Shown here one piece after another: positions 20,122 to 30,033 of a DNA stretch of 64,000 bases. Source of the stretch: Actinomycetota bacterium. GTDB lineage: Bacteria > Actinomycetota > Actinomycetes > Nanopelagicales > Nanopelagicaceae. Position numbers and translations under genes: made by a program. The notes under the pieces are model-generated. The model was not told the DNA's origin and made no database searches. It saw only the letters and a list, made by a program, of their open reading frames with translations. The number at the start of each line of letters is the position of its first letter. Within the stretch, counting starts at the first letter, position 1. The DNA lies in assembly GCA_039795495.1 (NCBI GenBank), contig JBDKLT010000075.1, forward strand, positions 20,153 to 84,152. Direction: 5' to 3'.

Positions 20122-21162
20122 ATGAATACTCGTGCTTATGCGGCGCTTTCAGCGGGAGATCCGCTAGTTCCCTATCAATTCAATCGACGTGAAATCGGCG
20201 ATAACGACGTTGCTCTTGAGATTGCCTTTGCCGGGATCTGTCATAGCGATATTCATCAAGCACGCGAGGAATGGGGTAAGGCAATATTTCCTATGGTTCC
20301 GGGCCATGAAATTGCTGGAACTGTTACCTCAATTGGTTCATCTGTCACTAAATTCAAAGTAGGCGACAAAATAGGTGTTGGGGTATTTATCGATTCCTGT
20401 CGAAAATGCGATAACTGCAAAGCCGGTTTACAACAATATTGCGACGAAGGCATGACTGGCACCTACAACCAACTCGAACGCGACGGTCATACCGTTGCCA
20501 TGGGTGGGTATTCAAATTACTTCGTTGTAAATCAAGACTATGCAGTACATATTCCGAATAACCTACCGCTTGAAGGAGTGGCACCTCTTCTCTGTGCAGG
20601 AATTACTCTCTACTCCCCAATCAAACATTGGAAGACACAACCTGGTATGAAGGTTGCTGTGATGGGGTTGGGCGGACTCGGTCATATGGGTGTGAAATTT
20701 GCAGTCGCTATGGGGGCTGAAGTTACAGTGCTATCTCATTCAGCCAATAAGAGGGCTGATGCAATTGCAATGGGTGCTCATCACTTTGTTGATACAAATG
20801 ACGCAGACGCTTTCGCTTCTCATTTACGAAAATTCGATCTTATTCTCAATACCGTGAGCGCCGATTTAGATATCAATAAATATCTTTCACTACTCTCACT
20901 CAATGGGACTTTGGTTGTTCTAGGCCTTCCAGGAAAACCGTACTCCGTTCACGCGGGTTCCTTGTTAAGCGGCAGACGCGCTCTAGCTGGATCCACCATT
21001 GGAGGAATCCCCGAACTTCAAGAGATGCTTGATTTCTGCGGAGAACATTCCATAGTCAGCGATGTCGAGGTGATTAAAGCCGATTACATCAACATGGCGT
21101 ATGCACGAACAGTTGCCAGCGATGTGAAGTACCGCTTCGTAATAGATGCAGCAACGTTCTAA
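20122..21162 (+). CDS. Zn-dependent NAD(P)H alcohol dehydrogenase (cinnamyl-ADH/AdhC family)
   Basis: GICHSD, PGHE, structural Zn Cys cluster, APLLCAGIT, GLGGLGH, DVKYRFVID. Confidence 0.94.
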   Translation: MNTRAYAALSAGDPLVPYQFNRREIGDNDVALEIAFAGICHSDIHQAREEWGKAIFPMVPGHEIAGTVTSIGSSVTKFKVGDKIGVGVFIDSCRKCDNCKAGLQQYCDEGMTGTYNQLERDGHTVAMGGYSNYFVVNQDYAVHIPNNLPLEGVAPLLCAGITLYSPIKHWKTQPGMKVAVMGLGGLGHMGVKFAVAMGAEVTVLSHSANKRADAIAMGAHHFVDTNDADAFASHLRKFDLILNTVSADLDINKYLSLLSLNGTLVVLGLPGKPYSVHAGSLLSGRRALAGSTIGGIPELQEMLDFCGEHSIVSDVEVIKADYINMAYARTVASDVKYRFVIDAATF

Positions 21163-21163
21163 T

Positions 21164-21898
21164 CTATAGAAAAGTGTGAACTGCAGTTGCAAACAATGGT
21201 GCAACTATGAGCGCTGGGAGCAGGTTCGCTACCGCAATTTTCTTAATATCTAAGAGACGAAGCGCAATGCAGACAAGCATCAATCCGCCGCAAATTGTCA
21301 TCGCATCAACTTGATATTGAGAGAGGATAGATCCAGCTGCCAAGCCGATTACTGTCCAGAAGCCTTGGTATATTGCTACAGGTATAGCAGAAGCGGCTAC
21401 TCCCCAACCTAGAGTTGATGCAAAGGCCATCGCAGCGAAGAAGTCGAGGGATGACTTCAAAATGAGTTGGTCAATCCCTTGAGACATGCCGTCGCTGACA
21501 CTTCCTAGGATTGCTAATGGTCCAATAACAAAGAGCAGTGATGCAGAGACAAAGCCCTCAACGAAGGGGCTATCGCTAGAAGCTTTGAATCGGCGTCGAA
21601 GATTTTCGCCCAAGGCGTCTAATCGAGATTCAAGATCTAACGCAGAGCCAATCAGCCCGCCTATGAGCATCGAAGCAAGTATTACGAGTAGGGGCGATCC
21701 ATCCGGTAAGGTGCTCTTGAAGATTGGAGACCATAAAGGAGATAAGGCGGAAGCTGCACCAAGTGCGGTAATTAATCCGAGAATGTCTGTGATGAGATTT
21801 TGAGACTTCCTGGAAAGTCGGGAACCAGCAAGTATTCCGATGGATGAGCCTATAAGAATGGTTGCAATATTGATAAGGGTACCAACGCCTGGAAACAC
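21164..21898 (-). CDS. DUF554 family membrane protein
   Basis: GTLIN, EGFVSASLLF.IGPLAILGS, KSSLDFF, VANLLPAL. Confidence 0.9.
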   Translation of the reverse strand: MFPGVGTLINIATILIGSSIGILAGSRLSRKSQNLITDILGLITALGAASALSPLWSPIFKSTLPDGSPLLVILASMLIGGLIGSALDLESRLDALGENLRRRFKASSDSPFVEGFVSASLLFVIGPLAILGSVSDGMSQGIDQLILKSSLDFFAAMAFASTLGWGVAASAIPVAIYQGFWTVIGLAAGSILSQYQVDAMTICGGLMLVCIALRLLDIKKIAVANLLPALIVAPLFATAVHTFL

Positions 21899-21920
21899 GT
21901 CGCAACTATAGACTGCACAA
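21899..21920. promoter_or_regulatory. Overlapping divergent leaderless -10 elements
   Basis: Minus strand TATAGT (21910-21905) + 6 nt + GTG; plus strand TAGACT (21909-21914) + 6 nt + ATG. Confidence 0.65.
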
Positions 21921-22589
21921 ATGAATATCGGTCGGTTCTTTCAATTTCTCAAGCCTCACAAAACAGTACCGATTACTCCATGGCGCGCAGAGCATCGTTG
22001 GCAAATCTCATTGAGTCGGGTAGCAATACTTTTCTTTGGTTTAGCCATTTTTGGACTAGGTGATTCGCTCCTTGTACAAGGAGACATCGGAAATGCACCG
22101 TGGACCGTGTTTTCACAAGGGCTCACGCTCAAGACAGGGCTCAGTATTGGCTGGGCTACTTTCATTATCAGTATCTTCGTTCTCCTGATTTGGATTCCTC
22201 TGGATGAGAAACCAGGGTTTGGCACTCTGTCGAATATTGTTCTGATCGCGACATTTATCGAAATCGGAACAATAGTTTTTCCGAAGCAAAATTCTTTATG
22301 GAGTGGCATCGTATTCACGCTCATCGGCATTTCCATGGTGGGATTGGGATCGGCTCTCTACCTAACATGTGGTCTCGGAGCAGGTCCTCGCGATGGTGCC
22401 ATGACTGGAATTCACTACAAGACCGGGATCCGCGTTGGACGAGTTCGCATGGGAATTGAGCTCGTGGTTCTGACCATTGGATGGCTCATGGGAGGCAAGG
22501 TTGGCCTTGGCACAGCTCTCTTCGCCTTACTAATCGGCCAATCAGTGGCCATTTTTCTCGGCCTAGTCGCGCGTCTGACTCAACGGTAA
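21921..22589 (+). CDS. YczE/YitT-like membrane protein
   Basis: GNAPWTVF.QG, EKPGFGT, GAGPRDG.MTG, GGKVGLGT. Confidence 0.88.
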   Translation: MNIGRFFQFLKPHKTVPITPWRAEHRWQISLSRVAILFFGLAIFGLGDSLLVQGDIGNAPWTVFSQGLTLKTGLSIGWATFIISIFVLLIWIPLDEKPGFGTLSNIVLIATFIEIGTIVFPKQNSLWSGIVFTLIGISMVGLGSALYLTCGLGAGPRDGAMTGIHYKTGIRVGRVRMGIELVVLTIGWLMGGKVGLGTALFALLIGQSVAIFLGLVARLTQR

Positions 22590-22691
22590 CTTCGCCTTCA
22601 TCTACCCTTTTCGCATCTCCCCTCGGTCTGTGAGCCGTCACTTCACACGGGGTCGCAAACACCCTCGTTACCAAAATTAGGAAGGTTCGTA

Positions 22692-24128
22692 ATGCTTGAT
22701 ACTTTCTTCAAAATATCCGAACGTGGATCAACAGTAGGACGTGAAGTCCGTGGTGGTCTCGTTACATTCTTCACCATGGCGTACATCGTTGCGCTTAACC
22801 CACTCATCATCGGCCTCTCTAAAGATGCAGATGGAAAATTCATTGGCGGCGGAGATGCACCAAATCTTGCACTAGTAGCAGCAATGACTGCTCTTATGGC
22901 GGGTGTCCTCACAATTCTTATGGGTGTAGTTGGAAATTATCCACTCGCTCTAGCAACAGGTCTTGGACTCAACACCTTCGTTGCAGTGGGAATTGCTACA
23001 AAGATGACATGGGCAGATGCAATGGGCCTTATCGTGATCGAAGGAATCATTATTACGATTCTTGTTCTCACAGGTTTTAGAACCGCTGTCTTTAGAGCTG
23101 TTCCAGCTCAGTTGAAGATTGCGATTTCTGTAGGAATCGGTCTCTTTATTGCGTTGATTGGTCTTGTAGATGCAGGTTTCGTTCGTCGCACCAGCGCTGG
23201 TCCAGTTCCAGTAACGCTCGGCGATGGCGGAACACTCGTCGGATGGCCAATCATTGTCTTTGCTCTCGGACTTTTCCTCACTATCGCCCTGATGGTAAAG
23301 AAGGTTAAGGGTGCAATTCTCATCGGAATTGTTGTATCAACAATCGTTGCAGTGATTATCGAAACTTCGCTCAAGATTGGACCAAACTTCGATGGTGCAA
23401 CCGGCAAAGTGAACCCAAAGGGATGGGGACTTAATGTTCCAGCTATGCCAGATAAGGTTGTTTCAACACCTGATTTTGGTCTCTTTGGTGATTTCAACCT
23501 CTTCGGTTCACTTGATCGCGTACCGCTGATCACAGTAATCCTCCTCGTCTTCACCCTCTTGCTCTCAGACTTCTTCGACACAGTCGGTACAGTGACAGCG
23601 ATTGGTCATGAAGCAGGTCTTATCGATCGCGATGGAAATATTCCTAATAACGATCGCATTCTTCTTGTTGACTCTCTAGCTGCAGTAGGTGGCGGTGTTG
23701 GAAGCATCTCTTCTAACACTAGCTATATCGAATCTGCTGCAGGTGTTGGAGAAGGTGCGCGCACAGGTCTTGCATCTGTTGTCACAGGTATCTGCTTCCT
23801 GCTTACTACATTCCTTGCTCCGCTTGTTGCAATTATCCCTTACGAAGCAGCAACACCAGCTCTCGTTATAGTCGGATTCTTGATGATGACTCAGATTAAG
23901 GGAATCGATTGGGAAGATTACGGAATTGCGATTCCAGCATTCTTAACAATCATCCTGATGCCATTCACATACAACATTTCTGTTGGTATTGGCGCAGGAT
24001 TTGTTACCCATGTTGTGATCCGTTACTTCCAAGGACGTCGCAAGGATGTACATCCATTGCTTCTCCTCGTTTCAGGTCTCTTCATGATCTACTTCCTCAC
24101 CTCTCCAATTAATACTTGGGTTGGCTAA
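22692..24128 (+). CDS. NCS2/AzgA family nucleobase (purine) permease
   Basis: EVRGGLVTFFTMAYI, GLGLN, DFFDTVGT, YIESAAGVGEGARTGL. Confidence 0.95.
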   Translation: MLDTFFKISERGSTVGREVRGGLVTFFTMAYIVALNPLIIGLSKDADGKFIGGGDAPNLALVAAMTALMAGVLTILMGVVGNYPLALATGLGLNTFVAVGIATKMTWADAMGLIVIEGIIITILVLTGFRTAVFRAVPAQLKIAISVGIGLFIALIGLVDAGFVRRTSAGPVPVTLGDGGTLVGWPIIVFALGLFLTIALMVKKVKGAILIGIVVSTIVAVIIETSLKIGPNFDGATGKVNPKGWGLNVPAMPDKVVSTPDFGLFGDFNLFGSLDRVPLITVILLVFTLLLSDFFDTVGTVTAIGHEAGLIDRDGNIPNNDRILLVDSLAAVGGGVGSISSNTSYIESAAGVGEGARTGLASVVTGICFLLTTFLAPLVAIIPYEAATPALVIVGFLMMTQIKGIDWEDYGIAIPAFLTIILMPFTYNISVGIGAGFVTHVVIRYFQGRRKDVHPLLLLVSGLFMIYFLTSPINTWVG

Positions 24129-24142
24129 TTAATTAGTTAGGA

Positions 24143-24184
24143 AAATCGCCCCGCCGATCTAATCGGTGGGGCGATTTCTCTTTA
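24143..24184. terminator. Intrinsic, likely bidirectional terminator
   Basis: 16-bp inverted repeat AAATCGCCCCGCCGAT-cta-ATCGGTGGGGCGATTT (one G-U) with a T-rich tail, between convergent NCS2 and ung. Confidence 0.88.
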
Positions 24185-24826
24185 TAGAGTCCAATCAATC
24201 GGTTCGCGCCCTAGATTGATCAAAATCTGATTAACTCGCGAGAAGGGTTTTGATCCGAAGAATCCTCGATATGCGCTCAGCGGACTGGGATGAACACTTT
24301 CAACAGTAAACTCGAAATATTTAGCCAGCTCTTGTGCTTGATTTCCCCACAGCAGAGCAACGACTCCCCTCTTACCCAGCTCTGATGCGATATGAGAAGT
24401 AATCGACTGCCATCCAATTTTCTGATGAGCATTCGACTCCCCTGGAATCGTAGTTAAAACTCTATTAAGCAGAAGAACCCCTTTCTGACTCCACGGGCTG
24501 AGATCACCAGAAGTGCTGGGTTCAATACCTAGATCATCAGATAACTCTTTCACAATGTTCTTCAGCGATTGCGGAAGGGGTGTCGTACCTGATGGCACAG
24601 AGAATGAAAGCCCCATTGCATGGCGTGGATTCGGATAAGGATCTTGCCCAACTAAGAGGCAGCGAATCTCTTCAAGAGGTTCTGTAAATGCGCGGAAGAT
24701 ATCCTCACACTGTGGAACGACGGCATCTAGGTCTAGCTGGCAGAGAGTTGTCTCGATCTCACTGTAGATGGGTTGAAAAATCGGCTCCCAACTAGAGTGC
24801 ACGTGCGAAAAAACGCGAGCCTTCAT
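24182..24826 (-). CDS. ung: Uracil-DNA glycosylase (family 1)
   Basis: GQDPYP, GLSFSV, GVLLLN, LWG, HPSPLS. Start uncertain (ATG 24826 or GTG 24802). Confidence 0.95.
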   Translation of the reverse strand: MKARVFSHVHSSWEPIFQPIYSEIETTLCQLDLDAVVPQCEDIFRAFTEPLEEIRCLLVGQDPYPNPRHAMGLSFSVPSGTTPLPQSLKNIVKELSDDLGIEPSTSGDLSPWSQKGVLLLNRVLTTIPGESNAHQKIGWQSITSHIASELGKRGVVALLWGNQAQELAKYFEFTVESVHPSPLSAYRGFFGSKPFSRVNQILINLGREPIDWTL

Positions 24827-25580
24827 GGCGTACTTCCATGGGAAGAGAGAATACTGCCGACATATGTTCTGAAGTAATGACATCGGCAATTGGACCTGAG
24901 ACCGCAATGAGACCATCTTTCAAAATCAAAGCATGGGTTGTACCAGCAGGAATCTCCTCAATGTGATGAGTAACTAGAATTGATGCAGGGGCTATCGGAT
25001 CAGATGCAAAGAGAGAGAATCTCTTCAGTAGATCCTCGCGTCCGAAGAGATCTAAACCTGCAGTAGGCTCGTCGAGAAGCAGTAACTCAGGGTCAGCCAT
25101 GAGCGCACGAGAAATTTGAACTCGCTTCTTCTCGCCATCACTGAGGGTCCCATATTCGCGATCTGCCAATTCGCGAACTCCAAATGTTGTAAGAAGAGCT
25201 ACCGCTCTGGATTCATCCCACAAATCGTAAGCTTCGTTCCAACGACCAAGAACTGCATAAGCTGCGGTAAGTACGACATCTCGCACGGTCTCTTCATACG
25301 GAATATCTTCTGAAATCAGAGTTCCGCATATTCCTATTCGATGACGGAGCTCCCAAAGATCCACACGACCCATCTCTTTATCGAGAATCGATACCTTGCC
25401 TTGTGTAGGAAAGATTCGAGTTGCAAGAATTTGAAGCAACGTCGATTTGCCAGCCCCATTGGGGCCAAGTACTACCCATCGCTCACCCTCGGAGATGGAG
25501 AAGTTGATAGGTCCCAAAATAGTGCGTTGACCTCGCCGCACCGAGACATCTCGTAATTCGAGAACTGAAGAGGGACTCAT
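24792..25580 (-). CDS. Orphan ABC ATP-binding protein (ModF/YlmA-like)
   Basis: GPNGAGKST, LSDGEKKRV, LLLDEP, THH. Start set at ATG 25580. Confidence 0.9.
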   Translation of the reverse strand: MSPSSVLELRDVSVRRGQRTILGPINFSISEGERWVVLGPNGAGKSTLLQILATRIFPTQGKVSILDKEMGRVDLWELRHRIGICGTLISEDIPYEETVRDVVLTAAYAVLGRWNEAYDLWDESRAVALLTTFGVRELADREYGTLSDGEKKRVQISRALMADPELLLLDEPTAGLDLFGREDLLKRFSLFASDPIAPASILVTHHIEEIPAGTTHALILKDGLIAVSGPIADVITSEHMSAVFSLPMEVRHEGSRFFARAL

Positions 25581-25665
25581 AGGGCTAAAAGATATATCTT
25601 CTCCCGAGCAAAAGCGCCTTATTGAGCCTCGAAAGTAAAGTGATTCACGATAATCTTCGCTTCTT

Positions 25666-26868
25666 ATGAGCGAAGCTAAGAGCGAATATACGGGGCTTAT
25701 TCTCCTTTCTGGCATAGATAAGCCAGGAATCACTCAAGCCGTATTTGATGCCCTTTCATCATTCGCAATTACCGTCCTTGATATTGAACAAGTTGTCATC
25801 AGAGAACGCCTTATCCTCACCATATTAATCTCGCTCAATCCAGCTCATGCCGATGCGATCTCTGAGGATTTGGATCAGTGTGCCAAAGTTTTAGATGTAG
25901 ATATCGCTACCTCTTTCCAAGAGCAAGGAATATCCACGATTGCAGCTAAATCTGGACTTCTTCATTTGGTGGCGTTGGGACAACCGATCGCCCCTTCTGC
26001 AATTGCCGCTATTGCTTCTGCAATTGCAGGTCTAGGTGGAAATATCGAACGTATTCACCGCACAGCAAGCTATCCCATTACTGCTATCGAGTTTACTGTT
26101 TCAGGAACTGACCAAGATGCTCTGAGACAGACAGTGCTCTCTATCAGCTCCACTCATTCGATAGATATCGCTGTTTCACCCGGTGGATTGATGCGCTGGG
26201 CAAAGAAACTCGTAATCCTTGATGTGGATTCCACGCTGATTCAGCAAGAGGTCATAGAACTTCTTGCTCGTCGGGCGGGTGTAGAAGATCAGGTTCGCGA
26301 GATCACTGAATCTGCTATGCGCGGCGAATTGGACTTCGCAGAAAGTTTGCGAGCAAGAGTTGCAACCCTTGCTGGTCTACCAGATTCTGTTCTCAAAGAA
26401 GTAGCCGATGAAATCGAACTTACTCCTGGCGCGCGTACCCTTATTGAAACTCTTCAAAAACTGGGTCATAGTGTCGCCGTAGTATCTGGAGGATTTACTG
26501 CGGTGATAGAGCCGCTTCTCAAAGATCTGGGCATTAAACATTATCGCGCCAATGCATTAGAGATACTTGACTCTAAATTCACAGGACGAGTTTTAGACCC
26601 AATCATTGATCGGGCAGCTAAGGCAACAGCTCTACGAGATTTTGCCGCCATTGAAGGAGTGCAATTGGAGCAGACCATAGCGATTGGTGATGGTGCCAAT
26701 GATCTCGACATGATTTCAATCGCGGGGTTAGGTATTGCCTTCAATGCTAAACCTGCAGTAAAGGCGGCAGCGGCAAGCTCTGTAAGCGCCCCGTATCTCG
26801 ACTCAGTACTCTATCTTCTTGGAATCTCTCGCGAGGATGTCGAAGCCGCAGGAGCTACTAGGAAATAG
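25666..26868 (+). CDS. serB: Phosphoserine phosphatase with two ACT domains
   Basis: GIDKPGIT ACT domain, DVDSTLI, VSGGF, GDGANDL. Confidence 0.96.
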   Translation: MSEAKSEYTGLILLSGIDKPGITQAVFDALSSFAITVLDIEQVVIRERLILTILISLNPAHADAISEDLDQCAKVLDVDIATSFQEQGISTIAAKSGLLHLVALGQPIAPSAIAAIASAIAGLGGNIERIHRTASYPITAIEFTVSGTDQDALRQTVLSISSTHSIDIAVSPGGLMRWAKKLVILDVDSTLIQQEVIELLARRAGVEDQVREITESAMRGELDFAESLRARVATLAGLPDSVLKEVADEIELTPGARTLIETLQKLGHSVAVVSGGFTAVIEPLLKDLGIKHYRANALEILDSKFTGRVLDPIIDRAAKATALRDFAAIEGVQLEQTIAIGDGANDLDMISIAGLGIAFNAKPAVKAAAASSVSAPYLDSVLYLLGISREDVEAAGATRK

Positions 26869-26885
26869 AAAGTATTGGGATTTAC

Positions 26886-27731
26886 TTATAGTCGACAAGC
26901 ATGGATATCTGTCACCAAGATTCCACGTGCACCAAGAGACCAGAGTTCATCCATCAAGCGATTTGTATCTTTACGCAAAACCATTGCTCGAACTGCAACC
27001 CACTCATCTTTTTGAAGAGGTGAAATGGTTGGAGACTCCAAACCAGGTGTAATGGCACATGCTTTATCAACTGCAGATTTAGGCACATCGTAATCAAGTA
27101 GAACATATTGACGAGCTGTTACTACTCCTTGCAATCTTCTAATTAAAATCTCTAGCTCTGGCGCTATGGATGCACCACTTCTCTTGATTAGAATTGCTTC
27201 TGATGTAAGGATTGGATCACCGAAAACCACAAGCCCTGCCTGCTTAAGTGTATTGCCAGTGCTCACCACGTCAGCAATAAGATCAGCGACGCCCAATCGG
27301 ACGCTACTTTCTACCGCTCCATCGAGTCTAACTATAGATGCTGAAATTCCTAGGTCAGTTAAGTGTTTCTCTACTAGACCCGGATACGCAGTTGCAACTC
27401 GTTTCCCAGAGATTGCTGAAACTTTCCAATCTGTGGAAACAGGTCCGGCGAAACGAAATGTGGAAGAACCAAAATCTAGCGCGAGAATCTCTTCGGCTAG
27501 TGCGCCTGAGTCGATCAGTAGATCACGGCCTGTTATGCCTGCTTCAAGTTCACCTGATCCCACATAGATTGCGATGTCGCGGGGACGCAAATAGTAGAAC
27601 TCAACGCCATTATCAGGGTCTGTAAGAACCAAATCTCGTGAATCGGTGCGCTGGCGATACCCTGCCTCTTTGAGAATTGCGATGGAGGATTCTGCGAGTG
27701 AACCTTTATTGGGAACTGCTATACGTAACAT
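26886..27731 (-). CDS. hisG: ATP phosphoribosyltransferase (long form)
   Basis: [36 protein letters not shown]. Confidence 0.97.
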   Translation of the reverse strand: MLRIAVPNKGSLAESSIAILKEAGYRQRTDSRDLVLTDPDNGVEFYYLRPRDIAIYVGSGELEAGITGRDLLIDSGALAEEILALDFGSSTFRFAGPVSTDWKVSAISGKRVATAYPGLVEKHLTDLGISASIVRLDGAVESSVRLGVADLIADVVSTGNTLKQAGLVVFGDPILTSEAILIKRSGASIAPELEILIRRLQGVVTARQYVLLDYDVPKSAVDKACAITPGLESPTISPLQKDEWVAVRAMVLRKDTNRLMDELWSLGARGILVTDIHACRL

Positions 27732-27745
27732 CGTCATTCCTCACA

Positions 27746-28009
27746 TTACAGATATCTATAAATATCGTCTGGGGTTAATCCACGAGCCAACATCAGCGTT
27801 TGGCAGTGATAGATGAGTTGGCTTATCTCTTCAGCTAGAGCCTCAGAACTTTCATGTTCAGCTGCTAGCCACACTTCACCAGCTTCTTCGAGAATCTTCT
27901 TGCCAATGGTGTGTACGCCAGAGTCTAGAGCAGCGATGGTTGCTGAACCTTCTGGTCTATCAATAGCCTTCTGAGAGAGTTCGGCCCAGAGTGAATCAAA
28001 TGATTTCAT
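27746..28009 (-). CDS. hisE: Phosphoribosyl-ATP pyrophosphatase
   Basis: [26 protein letters not shown]. Confidence 0.96.
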   Translation of the reverse strand: MKSFDSLWAELSQKAIDRPEGSATIAALDSGVHTIGKKILEEAGEVWLAAEHESSEALAEEISQLIYHCQTLMLARGLTPDDIYRYL

Positions 28010-28677
28010 TCTCCAAGTTTACTTGAGATTACCTTGCGACGAAGTGCATTTATCATCTCTGCAGGATCCTGGGCGTTGAATACTGCACTTCCAGCTACAA
28101 AGGTATCTGCCCCGGCCTCAGATGCGATTTCAATTGTCTCAAGGGAGATGCCACCATCAACTTGGAGCCAAATAGGGCGATCGCCAATCAATCTTCGCGT
28201 GAGACGAACTTTCTCCATCATCGATTCCATAAATTTCTGACCACCAAACCCTGGTTCGACCGTCATTACCAAGACCATATCAACATCATTCAAAAATTCT
28301 GAATACTGGTCTATTGGGGTATTCGGTTTCACGGCAAGTGATGAACGAGCCCCGTTTCTACGAATTTCTTGAAGAGTCCTTCCAATATTAGAAGTAGCTT
28401 CAGCGTGAATAGTCACACTCGCAGAACCGGCTTCAGCGTATCGTGGAGCAATCTGATCTACGTCAGCAACCATGAGATGAGAATCCACGGGAAGTGGTGA
28501 TTTCGCAATGATTTCGCTTGCCGCATCAAAGTCAAAGGTGAAATTTGGGACGAAGACATTATCCATGACATCCAAATGGAGCATGTCGCTCACCGTTGCA
28601 ATACGCGAGATCTCTTCTTGCAATCGAGAGAAATCAACACTGAGAATACTTGGAGTAATACGAACCTCTGGTTGCAT
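28006..28677 (-). CDS. rpe: Ribulose-phosphate 3-epimerase
   Basis: [36 protein letters not shown]. Confidence 0.97.
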   Translation of the reverse strand: MQPEVRITPSILSVDFSRLQEEISRIATVSDMLHLDVMDNVFVPNFTFDFDAASEIIAKSPLPVDSHLMVADVDQIAPRYAEAGSASVTIHAEATSNIGRTLQEIRRNGARSSLAVKPNTPIDQYSEFLNDVDMVLVMTVEPGFGGQKFMESMMEKVRLTRRLIGDRPIWLQVDGGISLETIEIASEAGADTFVAGSAVFNAQDPAEMINALRRKVISSKLGE

Positions 28678-28686
28678 ATTGTGAGC

Positions 28687-30033
28687 CTAATCCTTCTTCC
28701 GAAAGAGTGCCAGAAACATCGAATCCGTATCGTGAATTCCCGTCCACAGCGAGAGAGACCCTAGCGCCTCTGCATCTTTGAGATTAGTTGGAAGATAATC
28801 GTGAATATCTAATTGTTCTACGCCGGGATGGTTCTTAAGGAGAAGCTGTACTTGGGCCTGAGTCTCTGCAAAATGTGGACTACATGTTGCATAGCCAAAG
28901 ATGCCTCCAGGATTGAGAACTGATAATGCAGCTTCGATAAGTTCACGTTGAAGTTCTGTGAGCGATCGAAGATCTTGAACTGTTCGCCGCCAACGAACCT
29001 CTGGGCGACGACGTAAAGCGCCTAATCCAGTACATGGGACATCGGCGAGAATTGCATCGAAGAACTCGCCATGGTCAGCTATTTCTCGTCCATCACCAAC
29101 CCACACTGGATAATTGCCAACAACCTTTTGAACCAGTGATGCTCGCGCCTCTGATACTTCATTGGCAACGAAATCTCGATTCTCCTGCAAGCAGATATTT
29201 GCTAGGAGTGCTGCTTTTCCACCTGGCCCTGCACATAGATCGAGAGTGCGAGATGCCTTACTACTCGCACGAGAGAAGATATCGGCGACAAGCTGGGATC
29301 CTTCGTCTTGTACCCCAATCTTTCTATGGCGAATAAGTTCTAGCGAATGAGGTGCCCCATCAAATTTCCCCCCATAAGGCGAGTACTGGGTTACTTCAGC
29401 ACCTTGTTGAACCAAGTCCTCCTGAGTGGATTTTCCCGGCCATGCAACCAGTGTTGGTCGAGCGGGAATATTGTTTGCAGCCAATTCCATCTCGACTCGA
29501 TCAAAATTTTTTAAGAGATCAAAATAGGCAGATACAACCCATTCAGGATGTGAATACAGAATCGAGAGTCGCTCAACATCATCACTCATCACGTGTACTG
29601 GTTCGAGCCACTCTTCTAAAGTTCGTGCACTTACCTTTCGTAAGATTGCGTTGACATAAGAGGCCTTTGACTCCCCCAGAACTTTTCGTGCAAGTTCGAC
29701 AGTTGCAGATACAGCACCATGTGTTGCAACACGCATTTCAAAGAGTTGATGAACCCCAAGACGGCACACATCGATGATTCCAGTATCAACTTGATTCGAG
29801 GGTCTATCGAAGAGTTGAGCAAGAATGTAATCGTGTCTTCCTTGCATGCGAAGTGATCCATAGAGCAACTCTGTAATGAATCCCTTATCTCTCTCGTCGA
29901 AGGAGCTCTTGGCTAATGCCTGTGGAAGAATGAGGTTTGAATATCCACCTCGACGATTGACTTCCGAATAGATGTCATAGACCAGAAGGCGAGCTAAATC
30001 TGGCTTTGGCGGCGAAAAGGATTTCTTAACCAA
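28687..30033 (-). CDS. rsmB: RsmB/Fmu RNA m5C methyltransferase with NusB-like N-terminus
   Basis: VQDEGSQ, DLCAGPGGK, DVPCTGLG, YATCS. Start is TTG 30033 or ATG 30048. Confidence 0.93.
   Translation of the reverse strand: MVKKSFSPPKPDLARLLVYDIYSEVNRRGGYSNLILPQALAKSSFDERDKGFITELLYGSLRMQGRHDYILAQLFDRPSNQVDTGIIDVCRLGVHQLFEMRVATHGAVSATVELARKVLGESKASYVNAILRKVSARTLEEWLEPVHVMSDDVERLSILYSHPEWVVSAYFDLLKNFDRVEMELAANNIPARPTLVAWPGKSTQEDLVQQGAEVTQYSPYGGKFDGAPHSLELIRHRKIGVQDEGSQLVADIFSRASSKASRTLDLCAGPGGKAALLANICLQENRDFVANEVSEARASLVQKVVGNYPVWVGDGREIADHGEFFDAILADVPCTGLGALRRRPEVRWRRTVQDLRSLTELQRELIEAALSVLNPGGIFGYATCSPHFAETQAQVQLLLKNHPGVEQLDIHDYLPTNLKDAEALGSLSLWTGIHDTDSMFLALFRKKD

Noticed and set aside
22629-22647. 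CRP site TGTGA...TCACA
   Set aside because: The spacer is 9 nt rather than 6; kept only as part of the candidate leader element.
16927-24184. Integrative element or genomic island at tRNA-Leu
   Set aside because: No integrase, no duplicated tRNA 3' end noticed and no obvious compositional shift; the genes are mostly housekeeping or salvage.
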